From Dehalococcoidia bacterium (GTDB taxonomy: Bacteria; Chloroflexota; Dehalococcoidia; Bin125), in contig OZ241375.1 in NCBI GenBank assembly GCA_965200625.1, forward strand, positions 580,051 through 644,050: a stretch of 64,000 nt of DNA, read 5' to 3'. The position numbers and the translations under genes are program-made. The notes below the pieces were generated by a model. The model did no database searches. It was not told where the DNA came from and was given only the letters and a program-made list of their open reading frames with translations. Every line of letters starts with the position of its first letter. The stretch's first letter is position 1. This document shows, piece by piece, positions 17,076-26,430 of the stretch.

Positions 17076-18140
17076 TCAGGGCGCGCGTTCGAGGACGAGC
17101 TGGAACTCCATGATGCCCACATCCTCGATCGACAACACGCGGAAGCCGGTCGGCTTCTCGATGTCGTAGTCGGCGAGCGCGATCTCGGTCGAACCGACCA
17201 CCACGACCAGCCCGTCCACGTACTGTCCGGCCAGGGCGATGCTGACCGGGTTGGTCACGCCGTGCAGGTCGAGCGTGCCCAGAACCGTGACGTCGAGCGT
17301 CGCCTCGCCGACCGGGAGCGCGTCGATCACAATCGGCTCGGTAAGGATGAAGGTGGCAAACGGATACGTATCGCTCTCGAGCCCGCGCGTGCGCAGCGCG
17401 CCGTCGCGGAAGGATTCGTCGCTCTTCAGCGTCCGCAAGTCCGCCTCGATCGTGACCGAGGTGATCGCCGCCCCATCAAACGCCAACGTCGCCACAATGT
17501 CGCTGGTGCGGCCGACCGCAGTCGTGGTGCCAATGTTGGCCAGTTCCTCGCCGATCCGGTAGCCGACAAACGACTCACCGCGCGCCGACAGCATCCAGGT
17601 CCCCGCCAGCTCCGACAGGCTGGACGGCGCAGTCGCCGCGGCGGTCTGTTCCTGCGCAGACTGCTGCGCCTGCGGTTGCGGGTCCGCTTGCGGCTCAGCC
17701 TGTTGCTGATCGGACGGCGGTGATGGCTGCGCGTCCTGCTGACCGTCTTCGTCCGCAACGGTCTGCTGCGCTTGCCCGCTGCCATAATCGGCAGCGGAAC
17801 TGCTAGTGCTGACCGACTGTTGTGGGTCAGAATCAGCCTGAGTCTGGACCGCCTGCTCCTCTTGATCCGCCTGCTCGGAGGCGGCCGGCGGCGACGACTG
17901 ACCGGCTTGTGCTTGCTCCTGCGGCTGCGCCGTTGACGCTGCTTGCGTCGGTTGGCCCTGTTGCTGCTGATCCTGGCGCAGTGACTCGACCGCCGATTCG
18001 AGCGTCGCCGGCGGCGGCGGACTGTCGAAGACCCCGACCTGCCAGAGGATGATCAGCAGCACGGCGAGCAGGCCGCCGCCCACGATCAGGCCGACAGTAA
18101 TCAGCCGCCGCGGGCTGAGACTCAACAGTTGACCCAACAT
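17076..18140 (-). CDS. Membrane-anchored YceI-like domain protein with Q/A/S-rich linker
   Basis: N-terminal TM helix (LITVGLIVGGGLLAVLLIILW), a long Gln-rich low-complexity region, and a C-terminal YceI-like lipid/polyisoprenoid-binding pattern (F.GYRI.E.......AVGRT..I...L......SV.IEADL.TL.SD...RD..L.....LESD.YPFATF...LDLHGVT.PV). Confidence 0.7.
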   Translation of the reverse strand: MLGQLLSLSPRRLITVGLIVGGGLLAVLLIILWQVGVFDSPPPPATLESAVESLRQDQQQQGQPTQAASTAQPQEQAQAGQSSPPAASEQADQEEQAVQTQADSDPQQSVSTSSSAADYGSGQAQQTVADEDGQQDAQPSPPSDQQQAEPQADPQPQAQQSAQEQTAAATAPSSLSELAGTWMLSARGESFVGYRIGEELANIGTTTAVGRTSDIVATLAFDGAAITSVTIEADLRTLKSDESFRDGALRTRGLESDTYPFATFILTEPIVIDALPVGEATLDVTVLGTLDLHGVTNPVSIALAGQYVDGLVVVVGSTEIALADYDIEKPTGFRVLSIEDVGIMEFQLVLERAP

Positions 18141-18167
18141 TCCTCACCTCCTCAAGCGTGGCTGCAG

Positions 18168-19169
18168 TCAGTCGTCGGCGAGCAGGGCGTCAACGAAGGC
18201 CGCGGCGTCGAACGGGGCGATGTCGCCGAGGCGCTCGCCGGTGCCGGCGAACCGCACCGGGATCCCGAGCTCCTCGGCGATGGCAAAGACGATGCCGCCC
18301 TTGCTCGTGCCGTCGAGCTTCGCCAGGCAGACCGCGGTGACGCCGGTCGCCTGGGAGAATTGCCGCGCCTGACTGAGGGCGTTCTGGCCGCTGGTGGCGT
18401 CGATCACGAGCAGCACCTCATGCGGCGCGCCGGGATGCTTCGCCTCGACCACGCGGCGAACCTTGCCCAGTTCAGCCATCAGATTGCGCTGCGTCTGAAG
18501 CCGACCGGCGGTGTCGATCAGCACCACGTCAGCGCCGCGCGAGAGGGCGGCGTCAACTGCGTCATAGGCGACGGCGCCCGGATCGGAGCCTTGCTGGTGG
18601 GCGATCACGGGAGCGTTGATGCGCTCGCCCCAGGTCTGTAACTGCTCAATCGCGGCGGCGCGGAAGGTGTCGGCGGCGGCGAGAACGACCGTCTTGCCGT
18701 CCTCCTGATAGGCGTGCGCCAGCTTGGCGATCGAGGTCGTCTTGCCGGCTCCGTTCACGCCCACCACAAGCACGACGTGCGGGGCGGACTGTGCGGCGGT
18801 TCCGTTCGGCGCGTTCCAGAGCGAACCGCCCGCGCGGGGGCGCTCGAGGCCGGCGATCATGCGCTCGCGCAGGAGTTCGCGAATCGCGGCGGCGTCCTTG
18901 CCCCGGGATTCTGTGCGCAGTTCCTCGACCCAGCGCGCGGACGTTGCGCCGCCGACGTCGCCGAGGATCAGCGTCTCTTCGAGCTCTTCCCAGAAGTCCT
19001 CGTCCACCCGCGCGCGGCGGAAAATGCGCCGCAGTCCGCCGAGCTGGCCGCGCCGCGTATTGGCGACGCTGCGCTGATACTCCTCGCGGACTTCCTCCGC
19101 GGCCTGCGTCTCCTCCGCGCTGGGCTGCTCGTCCTGCTTCCTGCGAAACCGTCGAAACAGTTTGACCAT
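18168..19169 (-). CDS. ftsY: Signal recognition particle receptor FtsY
   Basis: NG domain motifs [36 protein letters not shown]. The short N-terminal amphipathic start is [11 protein letters not shown]. Confidence 0.9.
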   Translation of the reverse strand: MVKLFRRFRRKQDEQPSAEETQAAEEVREEYQRSVANTRRGQLGGLRRIFRRARVDEDFWEELEETLILGDVGGATSARWVEELRTESRGKDAAAIRELLRERMIAGLERPRAGGSLWNAPNGTAAQSAPHVVLVVGVNGAGKTTSIAKLAHAYQEDGKTVVLAAADTFRAAAIEQLQTWGERINAPVIAHQQGSDPGAVAYDAVDAALSRGADVVLIDTAGRLQTQRNLMAELGKVRRVVEAKHPGAPHEVLLVIDATSGQNALSQARQFSQATGVTAVCLAKLDGTSKGGIVFAIAEELGIPVRFAGTGERLGDIAPFDAAAFVDALLADD

Positions 19170-19834
19170 CAGGCTCCCGACCGTTCACTCAGCAGTCGCT
19201 CGGTCAACCATGCGGAGATATCGTGGATGCTCTGGCGGCCGATCTCGTGCTGCATGGGGTATTCGCGGTAGTCGAGGTTCATGCGCATCGCCTGCAGTCG
19301 ATCGCGCGAGGTGCGGCCGCGATCGATGCCCACCAGCGGATCGTTCGTGCCGTGCTGGACGAGCAGCGGCAGATCAGCGGCGTCAGGGTGGACGTCATCG
19401 GCGGCGTCATCCGAGAGCCAGGTCGAGAGCATCGCCGCGCCCTGCCAGCGGTGCGGCTCGCTCAGCGCCAGCCGGTAGGCGAGGAATCCGCCTTGCGAGA
19501 ATCCCATCAGCGCGAGCCGCCGAGTGTCGACGTGGTAGCGCGCGCAGGCTTCATCAATGAACGCCGACAGCGCGCCGGCGACGCGCTCCAGCTCGCCGTC
19601 GAGCGGACGATCGTTCGCGCCGCGCTGCATCCAGGTGAACATCGGGGCGTAGGAGTACGGCGCGCCTTCGAGGCGGAACTCCGCCTGCGGGCAGATCACC
19701 TGCACCTGGCCGCCGGCCAGCATCGGCGCGAGCGGCGCGAGGTCCTGGCAGTGCGCGCCGTGTCCGTGCAGCGCGATCAGGGTGGGGTGAGGTCCGGGAC
19801 CAGCAGGGGTCCAGACGGCGTGTATGAATTCCAT
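19169..19834 (-). CDS. Phospholipase/carboxylesterase-type alpha/beta hydrolase
   Basis: IALHGHG, nucleophile elbow LMGFSQGG, and a late HGTNDP...H. The stop overlaps the ftsY start by 1 nt (TGATG). Confidence 0.75.
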   Translation of the reverse strand: MEFIHAVWTPAGPGPHPTLIALHGHGAHCQDLAPLAPMLAGGQVQVICPQAEFRLEGAPYSYAPMFTWMQRGANDRPLDGELERVAGALSAFIDEACARYHVDTRRLALMGFSQGGFLAYRLALSEPHRWQGAAMLSTWLSDDAADDVHPDAADLPLLVQHGTNDPLVGIDRGRTSRDRLQAMRMNLDYREYPMQHEIGRQSIHDISAWLTERLLSERSGA

Positions 19835-19877
19835 ACTGCTCAGGGTAGGGCAGACCAGGCGTCGCGCTGCGGGCGGA

Positions 19878-20591
19878 TCATGCTGAGTCCGCCTGCAGCA
19901 CTGCGAGCGCGCGGCGCGCGGCCGTCATCTCCGCGGCCTGCTTGCTGCGCCCCGTACCCTCCGCCACTGTCTGGCCGTCAACCGCGACGGTGGCGCGGAA
20001 TGATCGGTCGTGGGGCGGGCCCAACTGCTCAACGATCGCGTAACTCGGCGCGGCGCCATTGCGCGACTGGGTGAGGTGCTGCAGCTGTGACTTGGAGTCC
20101 TCCTGAAGCCGATCGCCGTTGAGCGACTCAAAGTTGGGCTGCAGCAACCGGAGGATGACATGACGCGCGACGGCGTCGCCGCCGTCGAGCCAGATTGCGC
20201 CGAAGATCGCCTCGAGCGCCCGACTCAGGACGGAGAGCCGCTCGCGGGTGCCGTCGTTGGCGCTGCCGGCGCCCAACAGCAGGCACTCGCCCAGCTCGAG
20301 TTCTTGCCCAATTCTGCCGAGCGTGTGATTGCGCACGAGTTGCGAGCGGGCGACGGTCATCCAACCCTCCCCAGCCTCGGGAAAGTCCGCATAGAGCTGC
20401 TGGGCGACGACCGCGCCGAGAACAGCGTCGCCGAGAAACTCGAGCCGTTCGTTGGACGCCAACTGCGAATCGCTGGCCTCGTTGAGGTAGGAGCGATGCA
20501 CCAGCGCCTGCCGCAGCAGGTCAGGATTGGAGAATCGGTACTGCATCCGATCCTGGAGTCGTTCGTGCAGCGGATCGGACGAGCGGGGCAT
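19878..20591 (-). CDS. rnc: Ribonuclease III
   Basis: Re-called to the ATG at 20591 (MPRSSDPLHERLQDRMQYRFSNPDLLRQALVHRSY). It has the signature NERLEFLGDAVLG and a C-terminal dsRBD (G..H...F.......G.GRSKQ.AE..AA..AL). Confidence 0.9.
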   Translation of the reverse strand: MPRSSDPLHERLQDRMQYRFSNPDLLRQALVHRSYLNEASDSQLASNERLEFLGDAVLGAVVAQQLYADFPEAGEGWMTVARSQLVRNHTLGRIGQELELGECLLLGAGSANDGTRERLSVLSRALEAIFGAIWLDGGDAVARHVILRLLQPNFESLNGDRLQEDSKSQLQHLTQSRNGAAPSYAIVEQLGPPHDRSFRATVAVDGQTVAEGTGRSKQAAEMTAARRALAVLQADSA

Positions 20592-20665
20592 CTTCACGTC
20601 ACTGTATCCAGGCGCGCAACGCGCCGCCGAGCAGCGCCTACGGTGGGGAGGAAAGCTGAGGCCTG

Positions 20666-21970
20666 ATGCAGACGCGGACACCTACCGCCCACGTCGATCT
20701 GAGCGAGCGGTTGCGGCTCACCCTGCAACACCGCTCCGAAGCGGCTGCGTCACTGCTCTATACGTTATGTCACTCCGCAACCGCTCAGGGACTCAATCTG
20801 TTTCTCGTCGGCGGGCTGGTGCGCGATCTGTTGTTGGCTGAACCCCAGCAGCCATCGGCGGCGCTGGGGGACGGCCTGGACATCCATCTGGACATCGACT
20901 TGGATATCGACTTGGCCGTTGACGGCGATCCCGCCGCGCTCCACACCGTCCTGGCGGAAGCGGCCGGGGTGCGGCCGACGATTCACGACCGCTTCGGGAC
21001 GGCCAGCGTGTCGCTCGCCGAGGGCGTCCGCGTTGATCTGGCCCGCACCAGGAGCGAGCGCTACCCCGCGCCGGCGGCGCTGCCGATCGTCGCGCCCGCG
21101 CCGATTGAGGTTGATCTGCGGCGGCGCGACTTCACGATCAACGCCGCCGCCGTGGCGCTCACCGGAGAGCGCGCTGGTCAACTGCTCGATCCGCACGGCG
21201 CAGTCGGCGACCTCGAGCGCCGACTGATCCGGACCCTGCATCCAGATTCATTCCGCGATGACCCGACGCGCCTCGTCCGCGCAGCCCGCTATGCGGCGCG
21301 GATTGGCGGGACGATCGAGCGTCGGACATGGTCCGACGCGCGGCGAGACCGTGGGCGGCTCGCCGCCCTGAGCCCGGGCCGGTTCGGCAACGCCTGGCGG
21401 CGGCTGTTGCTGGAGCCTGATCCACCCGCAGCGCTGCGGATCGCGCGGCGTCTGAAGCTGCCGCAGTCGCGGGAATCAGACTGGGTGGTACCACAAGCGA
21501 CGCTCGCGGCGGCCGCCACGCCTGAACACTTTTGGGCGTCGATCGGTCTTCTGGACGCTGATTTAGAGGCGGAGGAGCGCTTGCCGCGGGCGGTGGGCAT
21601 GAACCGGCGCGAGCACGGCGCGTTGGCGGCGGGGGCGCGGCTGCGGCTCGCACGGCGGAGGCTCGGCGGCCTGAGACGCCGATCCGCGCGCGCGGCGTTG
21701 CTCCAGCCCTTTCCCGTCAGCGTTCTGGAGGCCGCGCAGTGCATCTGGAACGGCGCGTCGGGCGCGGCGGTCTCTGATTATCTGGAGCACCGGGACAGCG
21801 TCCGCTCGCCGATCTCGGCTCAGCGTCTGCTCGCGCTCGGCCTGCCGCAGGGGCCGGAGCTGAGCCGCTGGCTGGCGGAGATTGAAGCGGCGATCTGGGA
21901 CGGCGAGCTGGCGCCCTCGGACCCGGCGTCTGTCGCCCGAATGGAACAGCGGATACGCTTGAGGCGATGA
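20666..21970 (+). CDS. cca: CCA-adding enzyme / poly(A) polymerase-family tRNA nucleotidyltransferase
   Basis: Head-domain motifs LFLVGGLVRDLLL, DIDLAV, RDFTINA and DPTRLVRAARY. Confidence 0.75.
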   Translation: MQTRTPTAHVDLSERLRLTLQHRSEAAASLLYTLCHSATAQGLNLFLVGGLVRDLLLAEPQQPSAALGDGLDIHLDIDLDIDLAVDGDPAALHTVLAEAAGVRPTIHDRFGTASVSLAEGVRVDLARTRSERYPAPAALPIVAPAPIEVDLRRRDFTINAAAVALTGERAGQLLDPHGAVGDLERRLIRTLHPDSFRDDPTRLVRAARYAARIGGTIERRTWSDARRDRGRLAALSPGRFGNAWRRLLLEPDPPAALRIARRLKLPQSRESDWVVPQATLAAAATPEHFWASIGLLDADLEAEERLPRAVGMNRREHGALAAGARLRLARRRLGGLRRRSARAALLQPFPVSVLEAAQCIWNGASGAAVSDYLEHRDSVRSPISAQRLLALGLPQGPELSRWLAEIEAAIWDGELAPSDPASVARMEQRIRLRR

Positions 21971-22311
21971 CTACTGACGCCGCCCACTCCGAAGACACTT
22001 GGCCCTGCTCCGTCTGCGGCGAGCCGGCCGGACCCGAAGCGCGCTCCGACTGCTACCGCTGCGGCGAGTACTTTCACCTGCGGCTGACGACCACTGCAAC
22101 CGGGCCGGATTGCGGCGACGTCTGGATTGACGATGAGGTAATGGCGCTGCAGTTCGCCTGCCGCAACTGTCTCGCCGAACAGATGGGCGAGCCGGTTCCC
22201 AACGACGACACGCCGCCCGCGCCAGAACCGGCGGAGCCGCCAGAGCGCCCGCGGGCGCGGCGGGCGGCAAGCGGGGCGAGCGCCCGCGATCTGGCGCGGC
22301 GGAGACGCTGA
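21967..22311 (+). CDS. Small Cys/His-rich (multi-zinc) protein with basic tail
   Basis: The start overlaps the cca stop (ATGA). The ligand pattern is CSVC-x11-CYRC-x4-H-x11-C-x14-CRNC, followed by a Pro/Arg-rich tail. No family recognised. Confidence 0.45.
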   Translation: MTTDAAHSEDTWPCSVCGEPAGPEARSDCYRCGEYFHLRLTTTATGPDCGDVWIDDEVMALQFACRNCLAEQMGEPVPNDDTPPAPEPAEPPERPRARRAASGASARDLARRRR

Positions 22312-22312
22312 G

Positions 22313-22612
22313 ATGCCCCGCTCACGACCGCGTCGGCGCCGAAACCGCAAACCTGCCGCCGCCCCTCAGGCGAACGCCGCCATCACTGACGCCGAGATTG
22401 AGCGGATCGAGCAATCGCCGCGCCGCGGCTTCCTGCCAACGGCGAGCGTGGTCACGGCGATGGGACTGGGCATCTGGGCGGGCTGGACGTTCACCAGCAT
22501 CGGCGGGATTGTCGAGAACGTCGCGCTCTGGATCGGCGTGCTGATGGCCGGGCTCGGTGGCGGGCGGCTGTTCCGCCGCTCGTTCCAGGCGCGCCGCGAG
22601 CGCCGGCGGTAG
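22313..22612 (+). CDS. Small two-helix membrane protein with Arg-rich termini
   Basis: Starts 1 nt after the previous stop. It has two hydrophobic segments (VVTAMGLGIWAGWTF, VALWIGVLMAGLGGG). Confidence 0.4.
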   Translation: MPRSRPRRRRNRKPAAAPQANAAITDAEIERIEQSPRRGFLPTASVVTAMGLGIWAGWTFTSIGGIVENVALWIGVLMAGLGGGRLFRRSFQARRERRR

Positions 22613-22627
22613 ACGCTCCGCGATCCG

Positions 22628-23047
22628 CTACTCCCGCGTCAAATTGACCCCGCTGCCCTGGATCGAGTCGAGGCGAATCACGACGGCGGTGCCGGTGCGT
22701 TCCAGGTCGCGCCCCTTCTCCAGGTCATGCTGGCCTTCCCAGATCTGATCGCGCTCGGCCGCCTCAGTCGTTACCGCGGCCTGACCGCGGAAGATGTAGA
22801 ACTTTCTGGCCGGCATGTTCGTGTAGAGCAGCGCGACGCTGGGATGCTCGGTGATGGCGTTGAGCGTGGATGACGGCTCGCCGCGCACCCAGATCGCGAG
22901 CGCGTCGTCGCCGAAGGTTTGCGCGCTGCCGCGAAAACTGACGACCGGCTGCGCCTCCGCGCCAACCGCAACGAAGGACAATGGAAAGCCTTCATCGAGC
23001 GCGCCGTTGACGCGGTCACGAACATCATCAGGGATGATCAGGGACAT
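22628..23047 (-). CDS. Pyridoxamine 5'-phosphate oxidase-family (FMN-binding split barrel) protein
   Basis: 139 aa. The pattern PLSFVAVGAEAQPVVSFRGS...ALLY......YIFRGQA is typical of the PNPOx-like/general stress protein 26 fold. Confidence 0.6.
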   Translation of the reverse strand: MSLIIPDDVRDRVNGALDEGFPLSFVAVGAEAQPVVSFRGSAQTFGDDALAIWVRGEPSSTLNAITEHPSVALLYTNMPARKFYIFRGQAAVTTEAAERDQIWEGQHDLEKGRDLERTGTAVVIRLDSIQGSGVNLTRE

Positions 23048-23050
23048 GTC

Positions 23051-23599
23051 TCACTCCTCGTGGTGGGGCGGATCAGCGGAATCTGGGCGTGGCAGCAGAC
23101 GTTGCATCCAGAGCGCGTCCGGCGCGACCCCGCCGGGCCGGTCCGCGGAGTCGACGGCCACATCCCGGAGCGGCGTGTAGCCCAAGCGTAGCCAGAAGTA
23201 GAGCGCGACTCCATTGTCGGGCGGGAGCGGGGCGAGGGCGACAGCCGCGCCGGCGCGCTGGGCGGCGCGTTCCAGCAGCGGCACCGCCGCGCCGCCGAAG
23301 CCGTAGGCCCGCCAGCGCGCGCTGACGGCCAACCAGGTCCATACCAGCGCCCGCACGGGCTGGTCGCCGCCAAGTTCGACCAGTTTTCCGCAGAGCGCGC
23401 CGACCAGTTCGCCGTCCCCGAGAATCCACCAGCCCTGATCGCCGTCGTCGAGTCGCGGTTGAAGTCGGCAGGGAGCAGCGCGCCCGGCAATCGCCTGCGC
23501 CGCCTCTTCGAGCCACTCCGCCTCGACGGCCCGCTCCGCGAACGGCTGCAGGCTGGCTCGTTCGCCCTCAATCGGGCCAGACCATTCGGCCGTCGTCAC
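23051..23599 (-). CDS. GNAT-family N-acetyltransferase
   Basis: Acetyl-CoA motif A region VSARWRAYGFGGAAVPLLERAA, then a downstream FW.RLGY. Confidence 0.65.
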   Translation of the reverse strand: MTTAEWSGPIEGERASLQPFAERAVEAEWLEEAAQAIAGRAAPCRLQPRLDDGDQGWWILGDGELVGALCGKLVELGGDQPVRALVWTWLAVSARWRAYGFGGAAVPLLERAAQRAGAAVALAPLPPDNGVALYFWLRLGYTPLRDVAVDSADRPGGVAPDALWMQRLLPRPDSADPPHHEE

Positions 23600-26430
23600 T
23601 GCCGCTCACCAATCGGCGGGAGAAAGCGGCGCACATCGGCGGCAACCTCGCTGAGCGGCTTGCGGTAGATCGGCGCGGGCGGCAGCGCGTCGAGGAAGTG
23701 CCGTCCATAGCGGCGGCGCAAGATCCGGCCGTCAAGGATGACCGCCGCCCCGCGGTCGGAACGGGTGCGGATCAGCCGGCCGAACCCTTGTCGGAACTGC
23801 AACACCGCCGCGGGCAGCGTGAATTCCATGAAGTCGTTCTCATACTGCTCCCCGCGCGCTTTGAGCACCGGGTCGGTGGGCGGCGCGAAGGGGAGCCGGG
23901 TCAGGATCAGCAACAAGAGCGCGTCGCCGGGGAGATCGACGCCAGTCCACAGGGCGGCGACGCCGAACGCGACTGACCGCGGCTCGCTGCGCAGCGCCTC
24001 GACGATCGTCGTCGCCGAGCCGTCACGGCCTTGCCGCAGCAGCACCAGACCGTCGCGTTCGAGCTCGTCCTTGACTCTGCGAGCCACCTGGTCCATCGCG
24101 CTGTAGGAGCGGAACAGCACCATCGTGCGCCCGCCGGCCGCCGTCGCCAGGGTCTTGATCACGTTGGCGGTGACTTCATGATGCTGGCGATCGTCGGCGT
24201 CGAGCGCGTCGATTGGGACGTAGACGCGGCACTGCTGCTTGTAGTCGAACGGCGAGCCGTACTGTTCCTCTCCGGCCTCCTCGATGCCGAGTCGCTCGCG
24301 TAGATACTTGAACTCCGCGCCCGACTGGGCGCTGGCGGCCAGCGTGGCGCCGGTCAGGATGGTCGCGTGGCGCTCGTTCCACAGCGGCTGCAGGTGCGCG
24401 GCGACGCTCAACGGCGCGGCGTGCAGGCTGGCCGCGCCCTCTTTGCGGTGCTCCCGCGCGACCCAGGCGACATCATCGCTCGAGTGCTCGGTCACCGCGC
24501 GGGCAAGTTGGCTGGTGCGTTCGGCGAGCTCGGCGCGCAGGTTCTGCGCCTGGATTGCCATCGACAGCAGACGCTGCTCCGCGTCGCCGCGCTGCTCTCG
24601 CGCCTGCGCGGCGCTGCGCTGCGCGATCTCCTGCACCTCCGCCTCCAACTCGCCGAGCGCCGCCTGCGCCGTCTCCCAGAGCACCTCCAGCTCGAACCAG
24701 TCCTCGCGGTTGCGAGCGCCCGGGCTGAGGATGACGCGATCTTCGTTGCCGCGCCGATCCTCGCTGTGCCGGGACGCGAACGCGCCCGCCTGATCGAACA
24801 GCTGCTCCAGCTTCTGTTCTGCCCGCGTCGCGCTCTGCTGGAGGCGCGCTGCGTCTACGTCCACCCCCGCCTGGTCCGCCGCCTGCGCCAGAGAGTCCGG
24901 GCCCGCGATGCGCCGCACCGTTTCCATCATCCAGGACTCGTTCATCTGCAACAACAGCTGGTCGGTCGCCGTGTCCTCCAGCGCGTGCGCTTCGTCGATG
25001 ATGACCACAGCGGCGTCGGGCATCGTCAGCGCGCCGCTGGTGAGCGCTCGAACGAGGAGCGCATGATTGGCGATCACGATGTGCGAGCGGGCCGCCTGCT
25101 GCTGGACTTGCAAGAGAAAACAGCTGCCGTCGCGGACGTACTGGCAGCTGCGATCGGCGGGGCACGGGGTACCGCCGGCGGAGAGCTTTTTCCAGGCGGT
25201 CTGCATCTTCGACGGCAAGCGCAACTCGGCGTTGTCGCCGCGCTCCGTGACCGAGCGCCAGACCGCGGCACGGGCGAGCAGGAGCGGATCGTTCCAGTCC
25301 GCCACGCGGCCCAACTCCCGATCCAGCAGCTCCTGGCAGAGATAGTTGTCCCGCCCCTTGACGACCGTTGCCTTCAGCGCCTGCGCGGCCTCTGGGGAAA
25401 CGCCGGCGATGAGTTGACGGGCGAACTCGACATCCTTGCTTTCGAGTTGCTGCTGCAGATTGATGGTGTGCGTGCTGATGATCACGGTGTTGCCGGTCTT
25501 CAGCGCCCAGAGCGCGGCAGGGACGAGGTAAGCCAGCGACTTGCCTGTGCCAGTCCCCGCTTCCACAATCAGGGTGCCGCCGTACTGCAGCGACTCGGCG
25601 ATCCGGCGGGACATCTCGACCTGTTCCGCGCGCTGCTCAAAGTCCGGGTCGGCGTGCGAGGCGAACGCCTGCGCGGTCAGCGCGGCCAGGTCGCCGCGCG
25701 GCAAAGCGACTGGCTCAAGCGGGCTGGCGGCTGTCCGCGGCAATTCGCGCCGCGCCCCGGCCAGCCGCGGCAGATCGACCGACCAACTGCGCAGCACGCG
25801 CCCCGGGTTCCAGAACAGATCGGCCTGGCTGGCGAGCTCGCTCAGCGCGTCCCGCGCGGCGAGCGGCAGGTTCTGAAAGCGGGCGCGAAGGTGGAGAAAC
25901 ACCTGACGCGCCGCCTCGGCGTCGGCGAGGGCGCGGTGCGCTCCCCGCAGCTCGATCCCGTAGCGGCGGCAAAGGTCGCCGAGCCGGTGCGTGGGAGCGG
26001 CGGGATCGATGATCCGCGCGAGCGGCAACGTGTCGATTGACGGCGTCGCGGACTTGAGGCCGGCGGCTTCGAGGAACCGCTCATCGAAGCCAACGTTATG
26101 TCCGATCAGCGTCGCGTCCGCCAACAGACCTCGGACCTGGTCTTCGATCTCCGACCAGCTCGGCGCGTCGGCGAGCATCTCGGGCGTGATGCCGGTCAGC
26201 CGCTGCACCTGCAGCGGCGGCATGGCGAGCGGTCGGACGAGGGAACTCCAACGCTCGATCTCCTGATCGGGCGTGCAGCGGACGAGGCCGACTTCGATGA
26301 TCTCGTCGAAGCCGGGCTTCAGCCCCGTCATTTCGAGGTCGATGGCCGCGTAGATCCGATCAGTCACGCCTCGAACCAGTGTGCAGTCATTGATCCGGCT
26401 ACGGCGCTTCGTCGTCGGCGCACGGGCCAA
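23596..26430 (-). CDS. dinG: Fusion of a DnaQ-like 3'-5' exonuclease and a DinG/XPD-family ATP-dependent helicase
   Basis: N-terminal Exo I/II/III motifs (AAIDLEMTGL, GHNVGFDERFL, HRALADAEA), then Walker A EAGTGTGKSLAYLVP, a DEAH box (IIDEAHALED), four Cys between them, and C-terminal motifs (GVAALWTGVDLPG, Q..GRLIR...D.G). Confidence 0.85.
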   Translation of the reverse strand: MARAPTTKRRSRINDCTLVRGVTDRIYAAIDLEMTGLKPGFDEIIEVGLVRCTPDQEIERWSSLVRPLAMPPLQVQRLTGITPEMLADAPSWSEIEDQVRGLLADATLIGHNVGFDERFLEAAGLKSATPSIDTLPLARIIDPAAPTHRLGDLCRRYGIELRGAHRALADAEAARQVFLHLRARFQNLPLAARDALSELASQADLFWNPGRVLRSWSVDLPRLAGARRELPRTAASPLEPVALPRGDLAALTAQAFASHADPDFEQRAEQVEMSRRIAESLQYGGTLIVEAGTGTGKSLAYLVPAALWALKTGNTVIISTHTINLQQQLESKDVEFARQLIAGVSPEAAQALKATVVKGRDNYLCQELLDRELGRVADWNDPLLLARAAVWRSVTERGDNAELRLPSKMQTAWKKLSAGGTPCPADRSCQYVRDGSCFLLQVQQQAARSHIVIANHALLVRALTSGALTMPDAAVVIIDEAHALEDTATDQLLLQMNESWMMETVRRIAGPDSLAQAADQAGVDVDAARLQQSATRAEQKLEQLFDQAGAFASRHSEDRRGNEDRVILSPGARNREDWFELEVLWETAQAALGELEAEVQEIAQRSAAQAREQRGDAEQRLLSMAIQAQNLRAELAERTSQLARAVTEHSSDDVAWVAREHRKEGAASLHAAPLSVAAHLQPLWNERHATILTGATLAASAQSGAEFKYLRERLGIEEAGEEQYGSPFDYKQQCRVYVPIDALDADDRQHHEVTANVIKTLATAAGGRTMVLFRSYSAMDQVARRVKDELERDGLVLLRQGRDGSATTIVEALRSEPRSVAFGVAALWTGVDLPGDALLLLILTRLPFAPPTDPVLKARGEQYENDFMEFTLPAAVLQFRQGFGRLIRTRSDRGAAVILDGRILRRRYGRHFLDALPPAPIYRKPLSEVAADVRRFLPPIGERQ

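Noticed and set aside
24367-26040. 557-aa plus-strand ORF
   Set aside because: It is antisense to the dinG helicase, whose motifs (Walker A, DEAH, exonuclease) are unambiguous on the minus strand.
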